Positions 1 through 9,230 of a DNA stretch of 27,428 nucleotides are shown in pieces. Under the pieces are notes generated by a model that was not told where the DNA came from, did not search any database, and was given only the letters and a program-made list of their open reading frames with translations. The DNA comes from an uncultured Rhodospirillales bacterium (GTDB lineage: Bacteria; Pseudomonadota; Alphaproteobacteria; Rhodospirillales; 2-02-FULL-58-16), in the NCBI GenBank assembly GCA_913053795.1, contig CAJXGZ010000001.1, positions 1 through 27,428 on the forward strand. Reading direction: 5' to 3'. Positions within the stretch are counted from its first letter, which is position 1, and the number at the start of each line of letters is the position of its first letter. The position numbers and the translations under genes are program-made.

Positions 1-706
1 CGAAAACCTTCTTGCGGCCTTGGGTCAGACGTTTCTCGGCCAGGGAAACCATGTCGATCATCCGCCCGTAGGCCTCCTTGGCGCTGTCGGCGAAGGTGAA
101 AATCCCGTGCTTGATCAGCACCAGGGCCTCGACGCCGGGGTTGCCCTCATAAACCTCCAGGGCTTTCTTGGCGAGACCGAAGCCGGGCTTCATATAAGGA
201 ACGACGCCGGCGCGGCCTTTGTAGACCTCATGGGCCAGTTTGCCGCCGTCGGCCTGGTTGGTGACGGCCAGCACGGCGTCTGAGTGGGTGTGGTCGCAAT
301 ATTTGTGAGGCAGAAAGGCGTGCAGCAGGAACTCCACGGACGGATCGGGGGAATGGCTGTCCAGAAGATGGCAGGCCCTGGCGTTGTTCATGTCCCTGTC
401 GTCCAGCTTGTCGAGCTTGGCCAGCTTCAACAGCGGCTCAAGGCGCACGGCGGCAAAACCCGCCGCCTCGATACGGCCCATATCATGGCCGCTGCCCTTG
501 ACGAACAGGGCGGGGACGGCCTCGCCGGTTACGCATTTGGCCGGCGTCTTGACCGAGGCGTTGCCGCCGCCGTGCAGCACCAGCTTGGGATCGCCTCCCA
601 ACAGCCGCGCCGAATAAACGCGCAAGGCGATGTCCGCGCTAACGCCCTGCCCGGCGTGGCTCTCGACGGCCGCCCGGGCGCCCTTTTCCGACCACAAGTT
701 TTTCAT
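1..706 (-). CDS. Bifunctional class II aldolase/short-chain dehydrogenase, N-terminal part (runs off the window edge)
   Basis: Manual translation from ATG at 706 (absent from the ORF track): MKNLWSEKGA...LVLHGGGNASVK...VKGSG...PSVEFLLHAFLPHKYCDHTHSD...LIKHGIFTF. These are class II aldolase motifs of the aldolase/SDR fusion family. AAGGTGG lies upstream. Confidence 0.85.
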   Translation of the reverse strand, partial: MKNLWSEKGARAAVESHAGQGVSADIALRVYSARLLGGDPKLVLHGGGNASVKTPAKCVTGEAVPALFVKGSGHDMGRIEAAGFAAVRLEPLLKLAKLDKLDDRDMNNARACHLLDSHSPDPSVEFLLHAFLPHKYCDHTHSDAVLAVTNQADGGKLAHEVYKGRAGVVPYMKPGFGLAKKALEVYEGNPGVEALVLIKHGIFTFADSAKEAYGRMIDMVSLAEKRLTQGRKKVF

Positions 707-773
707 GGGACCACCTTTTAGCATAGATAAAGCGCGTTTTGCGCCAACTTTCATCACGCGCTATGATGAAGGC

Positions 774-1170
774 ATGAACGCGCGCCGCATATTGATGATC
801 GCGCTGTTTTTCCTGCTTGGGGCCTGCGACGATTACGGCGGCGCCTGGACCCGCCAGCCCGAGGATCTTGAGGGGAATTTAAGCGCCCAAGCCCAAGACC
901 TTTTGAAGTGGGCCATGGAGGGCGTCCCCGCCGGGGAGCTTGCGCGACCACCACACCCATGTGCTGGGCATGAATTCCGGCGCCTGGGTCAACCCAAGGG
1001 GCTTAAGCTGGGCCCATCCCATCGAGCGCATTAAGACGCTGATTTACCTCAGCGCCTCGGACATCACCGGCCTGACCCGGGCCGGCGAGCAGTACGCGGA
1101 CCGGCTGGCCCGCCTGATCCACAAGCCGAAATCCCGGTGCGCCGGCAGGATCAGCGTTGAAGCAGCGTAG
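774..1170 (+). pseudogene. Frameshifted, truncated amidohydrolase-family lipoprotein
   Basis: MNARRILMIALFFLLGAC (lipobox) ...GVPAGEL continues after a one-base shift near 940 as LRDHHTHVLG (HxH metal motif) ...ADRLARLIH, then ends abruptly before AT-rich DNA. Confidence 0.7.
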
Positions 1171-1211
1171 TCAATGCATGTTTGATAATAACTTATATTT
1201 TGTTGGTTAAT

Positions 1212-1352
1212 ATGACCTTGTATGGGGTTGAGTACAAAGGGAAAAAGGGGTGGGTCAGTGAAATGTTGACCGATAGAGCGCCAAAAGGAATAGGAAGTGA
1301 CTTTTGTCCAAGGAATCCGAGAGGATTATTTGCAGGGTGTGATAAGCGTTAA
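1212..1352 (+). other. 46-codon ORF in AT-rich filler, possible gene fragment
   Basis: MTLYGVEYKGKKGWVSEMLTDRAPKGIGSDFCPRNPRGLFAGCDKR; VEYKGKKGWVS resembles the end of a bacterial SH3b domain. Confidence 0.3.
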
Positions 1353-1354
1353 AC

Positions 1355-2176
1355 TTAATATTGGCCCCCCATTTTCCCCGCCAGCAAAGCCGGGTCCAGG
1401 TGGGTCTTTTTCAACGTGACGCCCCAGTGCAGGTGGGGGCCGGTGGCGCGGCCCGAGGCGCCGACTTTGCCGATGACCTGGCCCTTGGCCACCCATTGGC
1501 CTTGCGCCACCAGGATTTCGCTCATGTGGGCGTAGACGCTTGTTAGGCCGTGGCCGTGGTCGATCAGCATGGTTTTGCCGGTATAGAACATGTCGGGGTG
1601 AGCCAACGCCACGGCGCCGTCGGCGGCGGCTTTTACGGGCTCGCCCCGGGGAGCGGCGATGTCGACGCCGTTATGGGGCCTTTTGGGCTTGCCGTTGAGG
1701 ATGCGCTGGCTGCCGTAAACGCCGGAGATGCGTCCCCGAACCGGCCATGCGAAGCCCGAGACGAAGTAAGCCCTGTCCGTGTCCAGGCGGCGCACGGCGC
1801 CGATCTTGGCGTTGTCGGCCTTGATGCGTAGCAAGGCCTTGGGGTTCGGCGTCACCTGGCGCTTAGGCAAACCGTCGATGCGTTGAATTTCGTACTCCCG
1901 CCCGGCCACTTCGAGAACACGGGATTGGACGCCGCCATCGGGGCGCGTCACCACCAGCTTGACTTTGGCCGGGGCGTCGCGGCCGAACCCCATCAGGAAA
2001 AAGCCGTCTTTTGAGACCCGGACCTTGCGGCCCTCGATGGCGACTTGCGCACCGGGAGCGGCGCGTCCCACCACCAGCCCGCCTTGCGTCAAAGCCCCGT
2101 CCAACTCCAACGCCTGAGCGGGAATCGCACCGGTCAGAAAGAAAATCAGGAAGACAAGGAAGAGCGCCGCCCTCAC
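1355..2176 (-). CDS. M23 family metallopeptidase with signal peptide
   Basis: Hydrophobic N-terminus, HNGVDIA (HxxxD) and GPHLHW (HxH) motifs; start overlaps the xseA stop. Confidence 0.92.
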   Translation of the reverse strand: MRAALFLVFLIFFLTGAIPAQALELDGALTQGGLVVGRAAPGAQVAIEGRKVRVSKDGFFLMGFGRDAPAKVKLVVTRPDGGVQSRVLEVAGREYEIQRIDGLPKRQVTPNPKALLRIKADNAKIGAVRRLDTDRAYFVSGFAWPVRGRISGVYGSQRILNGKPKRPHNGVDIAAPRGEPVKAAADGAVALAHPDMFYTGKTMLIDHGHGLTSVYAHMSEILVAQGQWVAKGQVIGKVGASGRATGPHLHWGVTLKKTHLDPALLAGKMGGQY

Positions 2177-3612
2177 AGCAAGGTTCCCTGTCCGCCTTGG
2201 TCCGGGGGCGGTTTCTTTCGGGGCTTTTGTTTGCCGGCGGCGGCGGCCTCTCTTTCGCCGTCATGGAAGCGGATGGATATTCCCATTCCAGGTTTTAATT
2301 TGGCGGCGGAGCCGAGGTGGCGGCCTTGGACGTCGCTGACCAGGGCGAAGCCGCGCTCAAGCACCCGCTTATGGGAATAGCTCTCCAGCAACGCCGCTTC
2401 CCTGTCGAAGTGCGCGCGTCTTTCGCGCAGCAGGCCCTTGGCGGCCATCTCCAAGGCCCGCGCCCGTCCCTCCAGCAGGCGGGCGGCGTGGGCGATGGCG
2501 CGGCCGGGATCGGTGAGCTTGGCCGCCAGCTCCCTGAGACGGGCGCTTCGCCGCTCCACCCCCGCCTTCAAGCTGTTCTTCAGCCGCTCGACCCAGTCGT
2601 CCAGGCGTTGCGCCGCCTCCTCGGCCAAGCGTCTGAGGTTGGGCAGTCCCCGCGCCAGCCCCTCCAGGCGGGCGGCGTTGTTGTCCAAAAGGCGCGCCAT
2701 GGCGCCGGTTAGCCGGGCGCCGCCGTCCATCACCTGGGCCAACAGATCCAGGCGCACCGGAACCGCCATTTCCGCAGCCGCCGTCGGCGTCGGCGCCCGC
2801 TTGTCGGCGGCGAAATCGATGAGGGTCGTGTCGGTCTCGTGCCCGACCGCCGAGATCAAGGGAATTTCGCTGGCGAAGGCGGCGCGGACGACTTCTTCCT
2901 CGTTGAAGGCCCAAAGGTCCTCCAGGCTTCCGCCTCCGCGGGCGACGATCAGCACGTCGGGACGGGGAACGGCGTCCTTTGGCGTCACGCAGGTGGCGGA
3001 CTCTAAACGGTTAAAACCCTCGATGGCGGCGGCGATTTGCTGGGACGCCTCTTTGCCCTGCACCAGAACCGGCCACAGTAGAACCCGGCGAGGGAAGCGC
3101 TCGGACAGGCGGTGCAGGATATCGCAGATCACCGCCCCCGTCGGCGAGGTGACGACGCCGATGACCTCGGGCAGGAAGGGGATCGGCTTTTTCTTGTCAG
3201 CATCGAACAGCCCCTCTTCGGCCAGCTTTTTCTTACGGTCCTCAAGCAGTTTCAACAGTGCGCCCTCGCCGGCGAGCTCCATGCTCTCAACGACGATCTG
3301 GTAACTGGAGCGGGCGGCGTAGGTGGTGATGCGCCCGGTGGCCACCACCTCCATGCCGTCCTCGGGAGCCATTCCCAGACGCCCGGCGACGCCACGCCAG
3401 CAGACGCCGTCCAGCACCGCGTCCGCGTCTTTGAGCTTGAAATAAAGGTGGCCCGAGGCGGCGCGCTTGAAACCGGTAATTTCGCCGCGCACCCGAACCC
3501 GGGAGAAGGAATCCTCGACGGCGCACTTCAGCGCGCCCGCCAACTCGCCAACGCTTAGGACCGGCGAATTGCGCTCGCCGCTTCCATAAGATGTATTTTC
3601 AACCGTTGCCAT
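2173..3612 (-). CDS. xseA: Exodeoxyribonuclease VII large subunit
   Basis: [64 protein letters not shown]. Start placed at ATG 3612 (MATVEN). Confidence 0.97.
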   Translation of the reverse strand: MATVENTSYGSGERNSPVLSVGELAGALKCAVEDSFSRVRVRGEITGFKRAASGHLYFKLKDADAVLDGVCWRGVAGRLGMAPEDGMEVVATGRITTYAARSSYQIVVESMELAGEGALLKLLEDRKKKLAEEGLFDADKKKPIPFLPEVIGVVTSPTGAVICDILHRLSERFPRRVLLWPVLVQGKEASQQIAAAIEGFNRLESATCVTPKDAVPRPDVLIVARGGGSLEDLWAFNEEEVVRAAFASEIPLISAVGHETDTTLIDFAADKRAPTPTAAAEMAVPVRLDLLAQVMDGGARLTGAMARLLDNNAARLEGLARGLPNLRRLAEEAAQRLDDWVERLKNSLKAGVERRSARLRELAAKLTDPGRAIAHAARLLEGRARALEMAAKGLLRERRAHFDREAALLESYSHKRVLERGFALVSDVQGRHLGSAAKLKPGMGISIRFHDGEREAAAAGKQKPRKKPPPDQGGQGTLL

Positions 3613-3686
3613 CTTCGCCAGTATGTACGATACAGGAGCCGTCGGCAAAAAATAAGAAACCAATCGAAATAACGTGGAGTCGTCGA

Positions 3687-4964
3687 ATGAGGGTCTTGGT
3701 GGTTGGGTCGGGAGGACGCGAACACGCCCTGTGCTGGGCGATCGCAAAATCACCCAAGTGTAAAAAGCTCTATTGCGCACCCGGCAACGCCGGCATCGCC
3801 AAAGTCGCCGAATGCGTGGACATCGGCGCGGATGACATTGACGATTTGGTCTGCTTCGCCATCGAGAACGACATCGATTTCGTCGTCGTCGGCCCCGAGG
3901 CGCCCCTGGTCGCCGGATTGGTGGACCAATTGATGAAATCCGGCATCAAGGCCTTCGGTCCCAGCGCCCAAGCCGCCAAAATAGAAGGCTCCAAGGGCTT
4001 CATGAAAGACCTGTGCGCCAAATACAATATCCCCAGCGGATACTATGACCGCTTCGACGAGCCCGACGCCGCCAAGGAATACATCCTGCGCAAACGCGCC
4101 CCCATCGTCGTCAAGGCGGACGGCTTGGCCGCCGGCAAAGGCGTCATCCTGTGCCGCAACGAGAACGAGGCCTACGCCGCCATTGACCATATTATGGCCG
4201 AGCGCGCCTTCGGCGAAGCCGGCGACGAGGTGGTGATCGAGGAGTTCCTGAGAGGCGAGGAGGCCAGTTTCTTCGCCCTTGTCGATGGCGAACATGCGCT
4301 GCCCTTGCTTTCCGCCCAGGACCACAAGTCGGCCCACGACGGCGGGGAAGGCCCCAATACCGGCGGCATGGGCGCCTATTCGCCGGCGCCGGTGATCACC
4401 GGCAAGATGGCGAAAACCATCATGAACACCATCATCTTGCCCACCGTCGAAGCCATGGCCGCCGAGGGCGTCCCTTATAAAGGCGTGCTCTACGCCGGCC
4501 TGATGATCACCAACGACGGCCCCAAGGTTCTGGAGTTCAACGCCCGCTTCGGCGATCCCGAAACCCAGCCGCTGATCCTGCAACTGAAATCGGACCTTCT
4601 GGAGGCTTTGCTGGCCTGCGCCGAGGGTCGATTGGACAAACTAAAGCTGAAATGGCGCGATGAAGCAGCGCTAACCGTGGTCATGGCCGCCAACGGCTAC
4701 CCCGGCTATTACGAGAAGGGCGCACAAATCAAAGGCCTTGAAAAAGCCGAGGAATTGGACAACGTGGTTGTCTTCCACGCCGGAACCGTCGCCGACGGCC
4801 CCAATGTCTTCGCCAACGGCGGACGGGTGCTGGGCGTCACCGCCCTCGGCAAGACGGTGGCCGACGCTCAGAAACTTGCGTATCAAGCCGTCGATCTGAT
4901 CGACTGGCCGGAAGGATTCTGCCGCCGCGACATCGGTTGGCGCACAATAAAAAGGCGAAAATAA
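3687..4964 (+). CDS. purD: Phosphoribosylamine--glycine ligase
   Basis: [54 protein letters not shown] precedes ATG 3687. Confidence 0.98.
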   Translation: MRVLVVGSGGREHALCWAIAKSPKCKKLYCAPGNAGIAKVAECVDIGADDIDDLVCFAIENDIDFVVVGPEAPLVAGLVDQLMKSGIKAFGPSAQAAKIEGSKGFMKDLCAKYNIPSGYYDRFDEPDAAKEYILRKRAPIVVKADGLAAGKGVILCRNENEAYAAIDHIMAERAFGEAGDEVVIEEFLRGEEASFFALVDGEHALPLLSAQDHKSAHDGGEGPNTGGMGAYSPAPVITGKMAKTIMNTIILPTVEAMAAEGVPYKGVLYAGLMITNDGPKVLEFNARFGDPETQPLILQLKSDLLEALLACAEGRLDKLKLKWRDEAALTVVMAANGYPGYYEKGAQIKGLEKAEELDNVVVFHAGTVADGPNVFANGGRVLGVTALGKTVADAQKLAYQAVDLIDWPEGFCRRDIGWRTIKRRK

Positions 4965-4967
4965 ATA

Positions 4968-5372
4968 ATGAAAAAACTGGAATTGCCGTCTTCCCTGAAA
5001 ATGCATAACGAAACAATCGATGCCGAACATCAAAAACTCGTCGACTTTATCAACACTATCGCGAACACCTGCAACAAAGGGAAATTCGAGGACGCCGCGC
5101 GTCTGCTGGAAGACTTTTTAAGCTTCTTAAAACGGCACTTCCAACACGAGGAGGACATCCTTCGAAAGGAGAAATTTCCGCAAGTGGGTGATCACGCCGA
5201 ATATCACAAAAAACTGCTCCGTGATTCGGCCCGGCTCTTAAAACTGTTCGACGCAGCCAGCGAAAGCGATGAGGCGAATGAAAAATTCATTATAGCGTTG
5301 AGGTATTTTCTTTTGGATGACGCCCTGAAAGCCGACGTAATGTTCAAGTCATTTCTGTCGGCTCCGGAATAG
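4968..5372 (+). CDS. Hemerythrin-family protein (atypical last ligand)
   Basis: IDAEHQKL, HFQHEE, HAEYHKKL; the terminal HxxxxD motif reads DALKAD. Confidence 0.88.
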   Translation: MKKLELPSSLKMHNETIDAEHQKLVDFINTIANTCNKGKFEDAARLLEDFLSFLKRHFQHEEDILRKEKFPQVGDHAEYHKKLLRDSARLLKLFDAASESDEANEKFIIALRYFLLDDALKADVMFKSFLSAPE

Positions 5373-5374
5373 AG

Positions 5375-5466
5375 CGCCCCTCACCGCCTCTCCCTGAAAA
5401 ACGCTTGCAGCAATTCCGCCGAAGCCTTTTCTGAAACGCCGCCGTAGACTTCCGGCTTGCGGTTGC
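5375..5466. repeat. 92-bp direct repeat, copy 1 (displaced tadA 3' end)
   Basis: Matches 6568-6659 at 90 of 92 positions (differences 5394/6587 and 5460/6653); encodes the last ~28 TadA codons on the minus strand. Confidence 0.95.
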
Positions 5467-6567
5467 GGGCCGCATGGATAAGACCGACCGCAGCCGCTGA
5501 AGTCCTCTCCTCTCTTCCCCTCCACCCTCTATCTATAATTGCTTTTAAATTTAATTTCCTATTTTCTTTCCTAGGATTACGGTATAAAACTATTAAAACA
5601 CTAATTAATAAGATGATCATTAACCTTTAACAATGGAAAGGGGGAGCATTCAATGTCTGATGGCTCTACTATTTTGTATGCTTGGGTCAATCCGCTCAGC
5701 ATCGACAAAAAACTGGACCACACCTGGGTAACCAATTACAAACCACCACCTGTTTACGACAAGATCACGGATTTACCCGCAGATCATTTCTATTGGTACT
5801 GTTGGGGGGATTATCACCCAGAGGGGCACAGCGACATCTACCCGGAAGGCGCCGTCGGTTCGGCGCCGGGTAATCTGGGGATTTCCTCATGCATCTGTGC
5901 GCCAAACGATCCAAAGGCGCATGGCTCAATATTTAAATATGGTCTTGATGGCGTTTGTCATCAGCTTGCCAATCAGGCGCTATACTCGACAAATGGCCCG
6001 CTGACGGTCAATAAAGCCCGTGGATACTCCTTAAGTTCCTTCCTATTTGGAACGTATGGTTCGAACAAATCAGATTGGGATAAACTGCGACGGAAATGCT
6101 CGGTATCCGCAGATGGGGAGGCTCCATTGAAAGACGATTTTGTTGATAAGGCTTCCGAGCGCCTCAAGGATGACCCTCAGAAGCTGAAGGATCTTCTCGC
6201 CATTCGTGAGAATTTTCAGGCGGAGATGGAGAAGAGGCGCGAACAAGAGATTGTCTCTGCTGAGGACTTCACGGCAAGCGCAAATAAAACCATTCAGGAT
6301 TTCTTGGCGCAAGCGGCGGAGCTGTTAGGGCCGGAGGACTATAAAGCCCTGTTTGAGTTCGACGTCGGCGAGGAGGTGTCCCTTGTCGATCTTGAAACCA
6401 CAAAGATGTTCCTTGAAACCACAAAGAAGCCCCTCTAGACGTTCTCCGCGAAGCCCACAGAGGGTGAGGGTGAACTCTTAAGCTTCATGGCGCGGGAACC
6501 TTGCCCGCCTGGAAACCGGCCCCGGACCTTATCTCCTCGCCGGGGTCGGTAATTCAGCGGCGCGGCC
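5467..6567. mobile_element. 1.1-kb insert between the two tadA-end repeats (mini-island or island remnant, no integrase)
   Basis: Flanking 92-bp direct repeats, AT-rich segment 5520-5650, lower-GC cargo gene. Confidence 0.6.
5653..6438 (+). CDS. Hypothetical protein, 261 aa; possible permuted papain-like (His before Cys) domain plus helical C-terminus
   Basis: GGAG ribosome-binding site, long open frame; DHTWV ... YGLDGVCHQLAN motif order. Confidence 0.8.
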   Translation: MSDGSTILYAWVNPLSIDKKLDHTWVTNYKPPPVYDKITDLPADHFYWYCWGDYHPEGHSDIYPEGAVGSAPGNLGISSCICAPNDPKAHGSIFKYGLDGVCHQLANQALYSTNGPLTVNKARGYSLSSFLFGTYGSNKSDWDKLRRKCSVSADGEAPLKDDFVDKASERLKDDPQKLKDLLAIRENFQAEMEKRREQEIVSAEDFTASANKTIQDFLAQAAELLGPEDYKALFEFDVGEEVSLVDLETTKMFLETTKKPL

Positions 6568-6659
6568 CGCCCCTCACCGCCTCTCCTTGAAAAACGCTTG
6601 CAGCAATTCCGCCGAAGCCTTTTCTGAAACGCCGCCGTAGACTTCCGGCTTGTGGTTGC
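6568..6659. repeat. 92-bp direct repeat, copy 2 (intact tadA 3' end)
   Basis: Matches 5375-5466 with 2 mismatches. Confidence 0.95.
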
Positions 6660-7026
6660 ACGTGGCCTGCGCAAAGACGCGCGCCCCATGCTCGACGCCG
6701 CCGCCCTTGGCGTCGTAGGCGCCGAAGTAAAGGCGGCGAATGCGGGCCAGGGAAATGGCCCCGGCGCACATGGCGCAGGGCTCCAGGGTCACGTAAAGGT
6801 CACAGCCCTGAAGTCTGGAGCTCCCCTGCAAGGAAGCGGCGCGGCGAATGGCCACCATCTCGGCGTGGGCCGTGGGATCGTCGAACTCCACCGTCCGATT
6901 GCCGCCGACCGCCAGCACGTCGCCGCCGGCTCCGTCAACCACCACCGCCCCCACCGGAACCTCGCCCAGCTCCGCCGACTTCCTGGCTTGCTCAAGAGCC
7001 AACGCCATAAAACCGTTTACAGTCAT
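6574..7026 (-). CDS. tadA: tRNA adenosine(34) deaminase
   Basis: GEVPVGAV, DPTAHAE, LYVTLEPCAMCAGAI. Start placed at ATG 7026. Confidence 0.93.
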   Translation of the reverse strand: MTVNGFMALALEQARKSAELGEVPVGAVVVDGAGGDVLAVGGNRTVEFDDPTAHAEMVAIRRAASLQGSSRLQGCDLYVTLEPCAMCAGAISLARIRRLYFGAYDAKGGGVEHGARVFAQATCNHKPEVYGGVSEKASAELLQAFFKERR

Positions 7027-7048
7027 GAACACACCATGCTTTTCTCTT

Positions 7049-7140
7049 ATACCAACCTGCACAGATAAACACCCATTGTGACGGCGATGCGAGGCTTCCG
7101 GACGTCGTCACAGTGGGTGTTTATCTGTGCAGGCTGGTAT
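7049..7140. repeat. 38-bp inverted repeat (3 mismatches, 16-nt loop), REP-like palindrome
   Basis: Arms 7049-7086 and 7103-7140; core CACAGATAAACAC/GTGTTTATCTGTG. Confidence 0.9.
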
Positions 7141-7168
7141 TATAGCTTACGTCAAGTAGAGTGCATTC

Positions 7169-7912
7169 ATGAAAACGCCCGCCATCGGCATAACCCTGGA
7201 TTCCGAAGAGCCTGGAGGCTACTCCAAGTTTCCCTGGTACGCCTTGCGCCGGAACTACGCCAGCGCCGTGGTTCACGCCGGCGGATTGCCCATCGCCCTG
7301 CCACACGAGACGGAGCATGTTGAGGCCTACCTCAATCATATAGACGGCCTGTTGGTCACCGGCGGCGATTTCGACGTGGATCCCGACCTGTTCGGCGCCG
7401 AGTCGCGCCATAAGGCGGTCACCACCAAGGACGGACGCACCGCCTTCGAGTTGGCCGCCGTCCGCGCCGCCCTTGGGCGCGACATGCCGATCCTCGCCAT
7501 TTGCGGCGGCCAGCAGCTTCTGCACGTGGTCCTCGGGGGAACCCTGATCCAGCATATCGCCGACGAGGTCCCGGGTGCGCTTGCTCACGAACAGCCCAAT
7601 CCCCGCGACGAGCCCGGCCACCAGGTGAGCATCGTCGAGGGCTCCCTGCTTCACGACATCGTCGGCGTCGCAACCATGCAGGTGAACAGCGCCCACCACC
7701 AGGCGGCCAAGGACGAGCCGGAAAGCTTGAAGGTCAACGCCCGCGCCCCCGACGGCGTGATCGAAGGCGTCGAAGTCCCCCTCAAGCGGTTTTGCCTGGG
7801 CGTCCAGTGGCATCCCGAGTTCGCCATCAGCGAAGGCGACGTGCGCATCTTCGCCGCCTTCATCGAGGCCTGCCGCAAGAGCGCCCCCGACGAGAATGCC
7901 CGACAAGAATGA
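7169..7912 (+). CDS. Gamma-glutamyl-gamma-aminobutyrate hydrolase family (peptidase C26, class I glutamine amidotransferase)
   Basis: DGLLVTGG.D, LAICGG.Q nucleophile, VNSAHHQ, GVQWHPE. Confidence 0.92.
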   Translation: MKTPAIGITLDSEEPGGYSKFPWYALRRNYASAVVHAGGLPIALPHETEHVEAYLNHIDGLLVTGGDFDVDPDLFGAESRHKAVTTKDGRTAFELAAVRAALGRDMPILAICGGQQLLHVVLGGTLIQHIADEVPGALAHEQPNPRDEPGHQVSIVEGSLLHDIVGVATMQVNSAHHQAAKDEPESLKVNARAPDGVIEGVEVPLKRFCLGVQWHPEFAISEGDVRIFAAFIEACRKSAPDENARQE

Positions 7913-8665
7913 ATGAACGCCCCCTCTAAAGCCGCCGCCGAAAAACCTGAGCGCGTCGCCAAGGCGCTGGCTCGCTCAGGGCTCTGTTCGCGCCGCGAGG
8001 CGGAGCGCTGGATTGCGCTCGGCAGGGTGGCGGTGGACGGAAAAACTCTTCAAGAGCCCGGGGTCACGGTCACCTCGGAAAACAAAATTACCGTCGACGG
8101 AAAGCCGATTCCCGAAGCCAAGGCGACCCGGCTGTGGCGTTATCACAAGCCGCCGGGACTACTCACCAGCCACGGCGACCCACAGGGGCGCCCTTGCGTC
8201 TTCGATCGCCTGCCCAAGGAGCTGGGGCGGGTGATCTCGGTGGGGCGGCTGGACCTGAACTCGGAAGGGCTGCTTTTGATCACCAACGACGGCGGCTTGT
8301 CGCGCAAGCTGGAGCTTCCTTCCACCGGCTGGACGCGGCGCTACCGGGCGCGGGTCTACGGCCAGGTGGACGAAGCGCGCCTTGAGAGTCTCGCCAAGGG
8401 CTCCACCATCGACGGCGTCGCCTACGGCCCCATCCGCGCCAAGATGGACAGCCGCCGCAAGGGCAACGCCTGGCTGACGCTGTCCCTCACCGAGGGCAAG
8501 AACCGCGAGGTCCGCAAGGTGCTGGAACACCAGGGACTTCAAGTGAGCCGCCTCATCCGCATCGCCTATGGTCCCTTTCAGTTGGGCCAGCTCAAGCGCG
8601 GCGAGGTCGCCGAGATCACCGGCAAGGCTTTGCGCGAGCAACTGGGCAAGGCGCTCCAGCCATGA
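7913..8665 (+). CDS. rluB: rRNA pseudouridine synthase, RsuA/RluB family
   Basis: S4 domain (ERVAKALARSGLCSRREAE), YHKP, VGRLDLNSEGLLL, EGKNREVR. Confidence 0.88.
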   Translation: MNAPSKAAAEKPERVAKALARSGLCSRREAERWIALGRVAVDGKTLQEPGVTVTSENKITVDGKPIPEAKATRLWRYHKPPGLLTSHGDPQGRPCVFDRLPKELGRVISVGRLDLNSEGLLLITNDGGLSRKLELPSTGWTRRYRARVYGQVDEARLESLAKGSTIDGVAYGPIRAKMDSRRKGNAWLTLSLTEGKNREVRKVLEHQGLQVSRLIRIAYGPFQLGQLKRGEVAEITGKALREQLGKALQP

Positions 8666-9228
8666 GGATCGTCGGCGGTTCGGCCCGCGGCCGCGCCATC
8701 AAGGCCCCCCCGGGGGCTCGCGGTCTGCGCCCCACCTCGGACCGGGCGCGCGAAGCCATTTTCAACATCCTGGAGCATGGCGTTGACGGCCCCGGCATCG
8801 ACGGAGCCGCCGTCGCCGATGTCTTCGCCGGAACCGGCGCCCTGGGCCTGGAGGCCCTGTCCAGAGGCGCCGCCAGCGCCGTCTTCATCGACAACGACGG
8901 AGCCGCCATCGCCTGCTGCCGCAAAAACGCCGCCGCCATCGGCAAGTGGCGCAACGCCGTCTTCCTCAAGCTTGACGCCGGCAACCCGCCGCCGCCGCCC
9001 TTGGCGGCCAAGGCGCCGTGCGCTTACGCTTTCCTCGACCCGCCTTACGAAAGCGGGCTGCTGATCCCCGCCCTTACCGGCTTGGCGGCCAAGGGCTGGA
9101 TCGGCCCGGGCTCCATCTGCGTCGCCGAAACCTCGGCAAAGGAAATCTTCGAGCCCCCCCGGGGCTTCCAACTCCTGGATGAGCGAACCTACGGCGCCGC
9201 CAAGGTCTCGTTCCTCAAAAAAGGCTGA
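8662..9228 (+). CDS. rsmD: 16S rRNA m2G966 methyltransferase
   Basis: MRIVGG, LRPTSDRAREAIFN, DVFAGTGALGLEALSRGA, FLDPPY. Confidence 0.96.
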   Translation: MRIVGGSARGRAIKAPPGARGLRPTSDRAREAIFNILEHGVDGPGIDGAAVADVFAGTGALGLEALSRGAASAVFIDNDGAAIACCRKNAAAIGKWRNAVFLKLDAGNPPPPPLAAKAPCAYAFLDPPYESGLLIPALTGLAAKGWIGPGSICVAETSAKEIFEPPRGFQLLDERTYGAAKVSFLKKG

Positions 9229-9230
9229 CG

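Noticed and set aside
20-721. Plus-strand ORFs 20-283 and 284-721
   Set aside because: Antisense shadows of the minus-strand aldolase/SDR gene, which carries the recognisable motifs.
3591-3780. Long 5' extensions of xseA and purD in the ORF track
   Set aside because: They would overlap each other; family similarity and ribosome-binding sites support starts at 3612 and 3687.
5381-5620. 79-aa ORF with hydrophobic N-terminus fused to the TadA C-terminus
   Set aside because: By-product of the duplication; the N-terminal part lies in AT-rich and pyrimidine-rich non-coding-like DNA with no clear ribosome-binding site.
6547-6556. 10-bp match CGGTAATTCA shared with 27267-27276, both near insertion junctions
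   Set aside because: Many 10-mer matches are expected by chance in 27 kb; flanks do not align.
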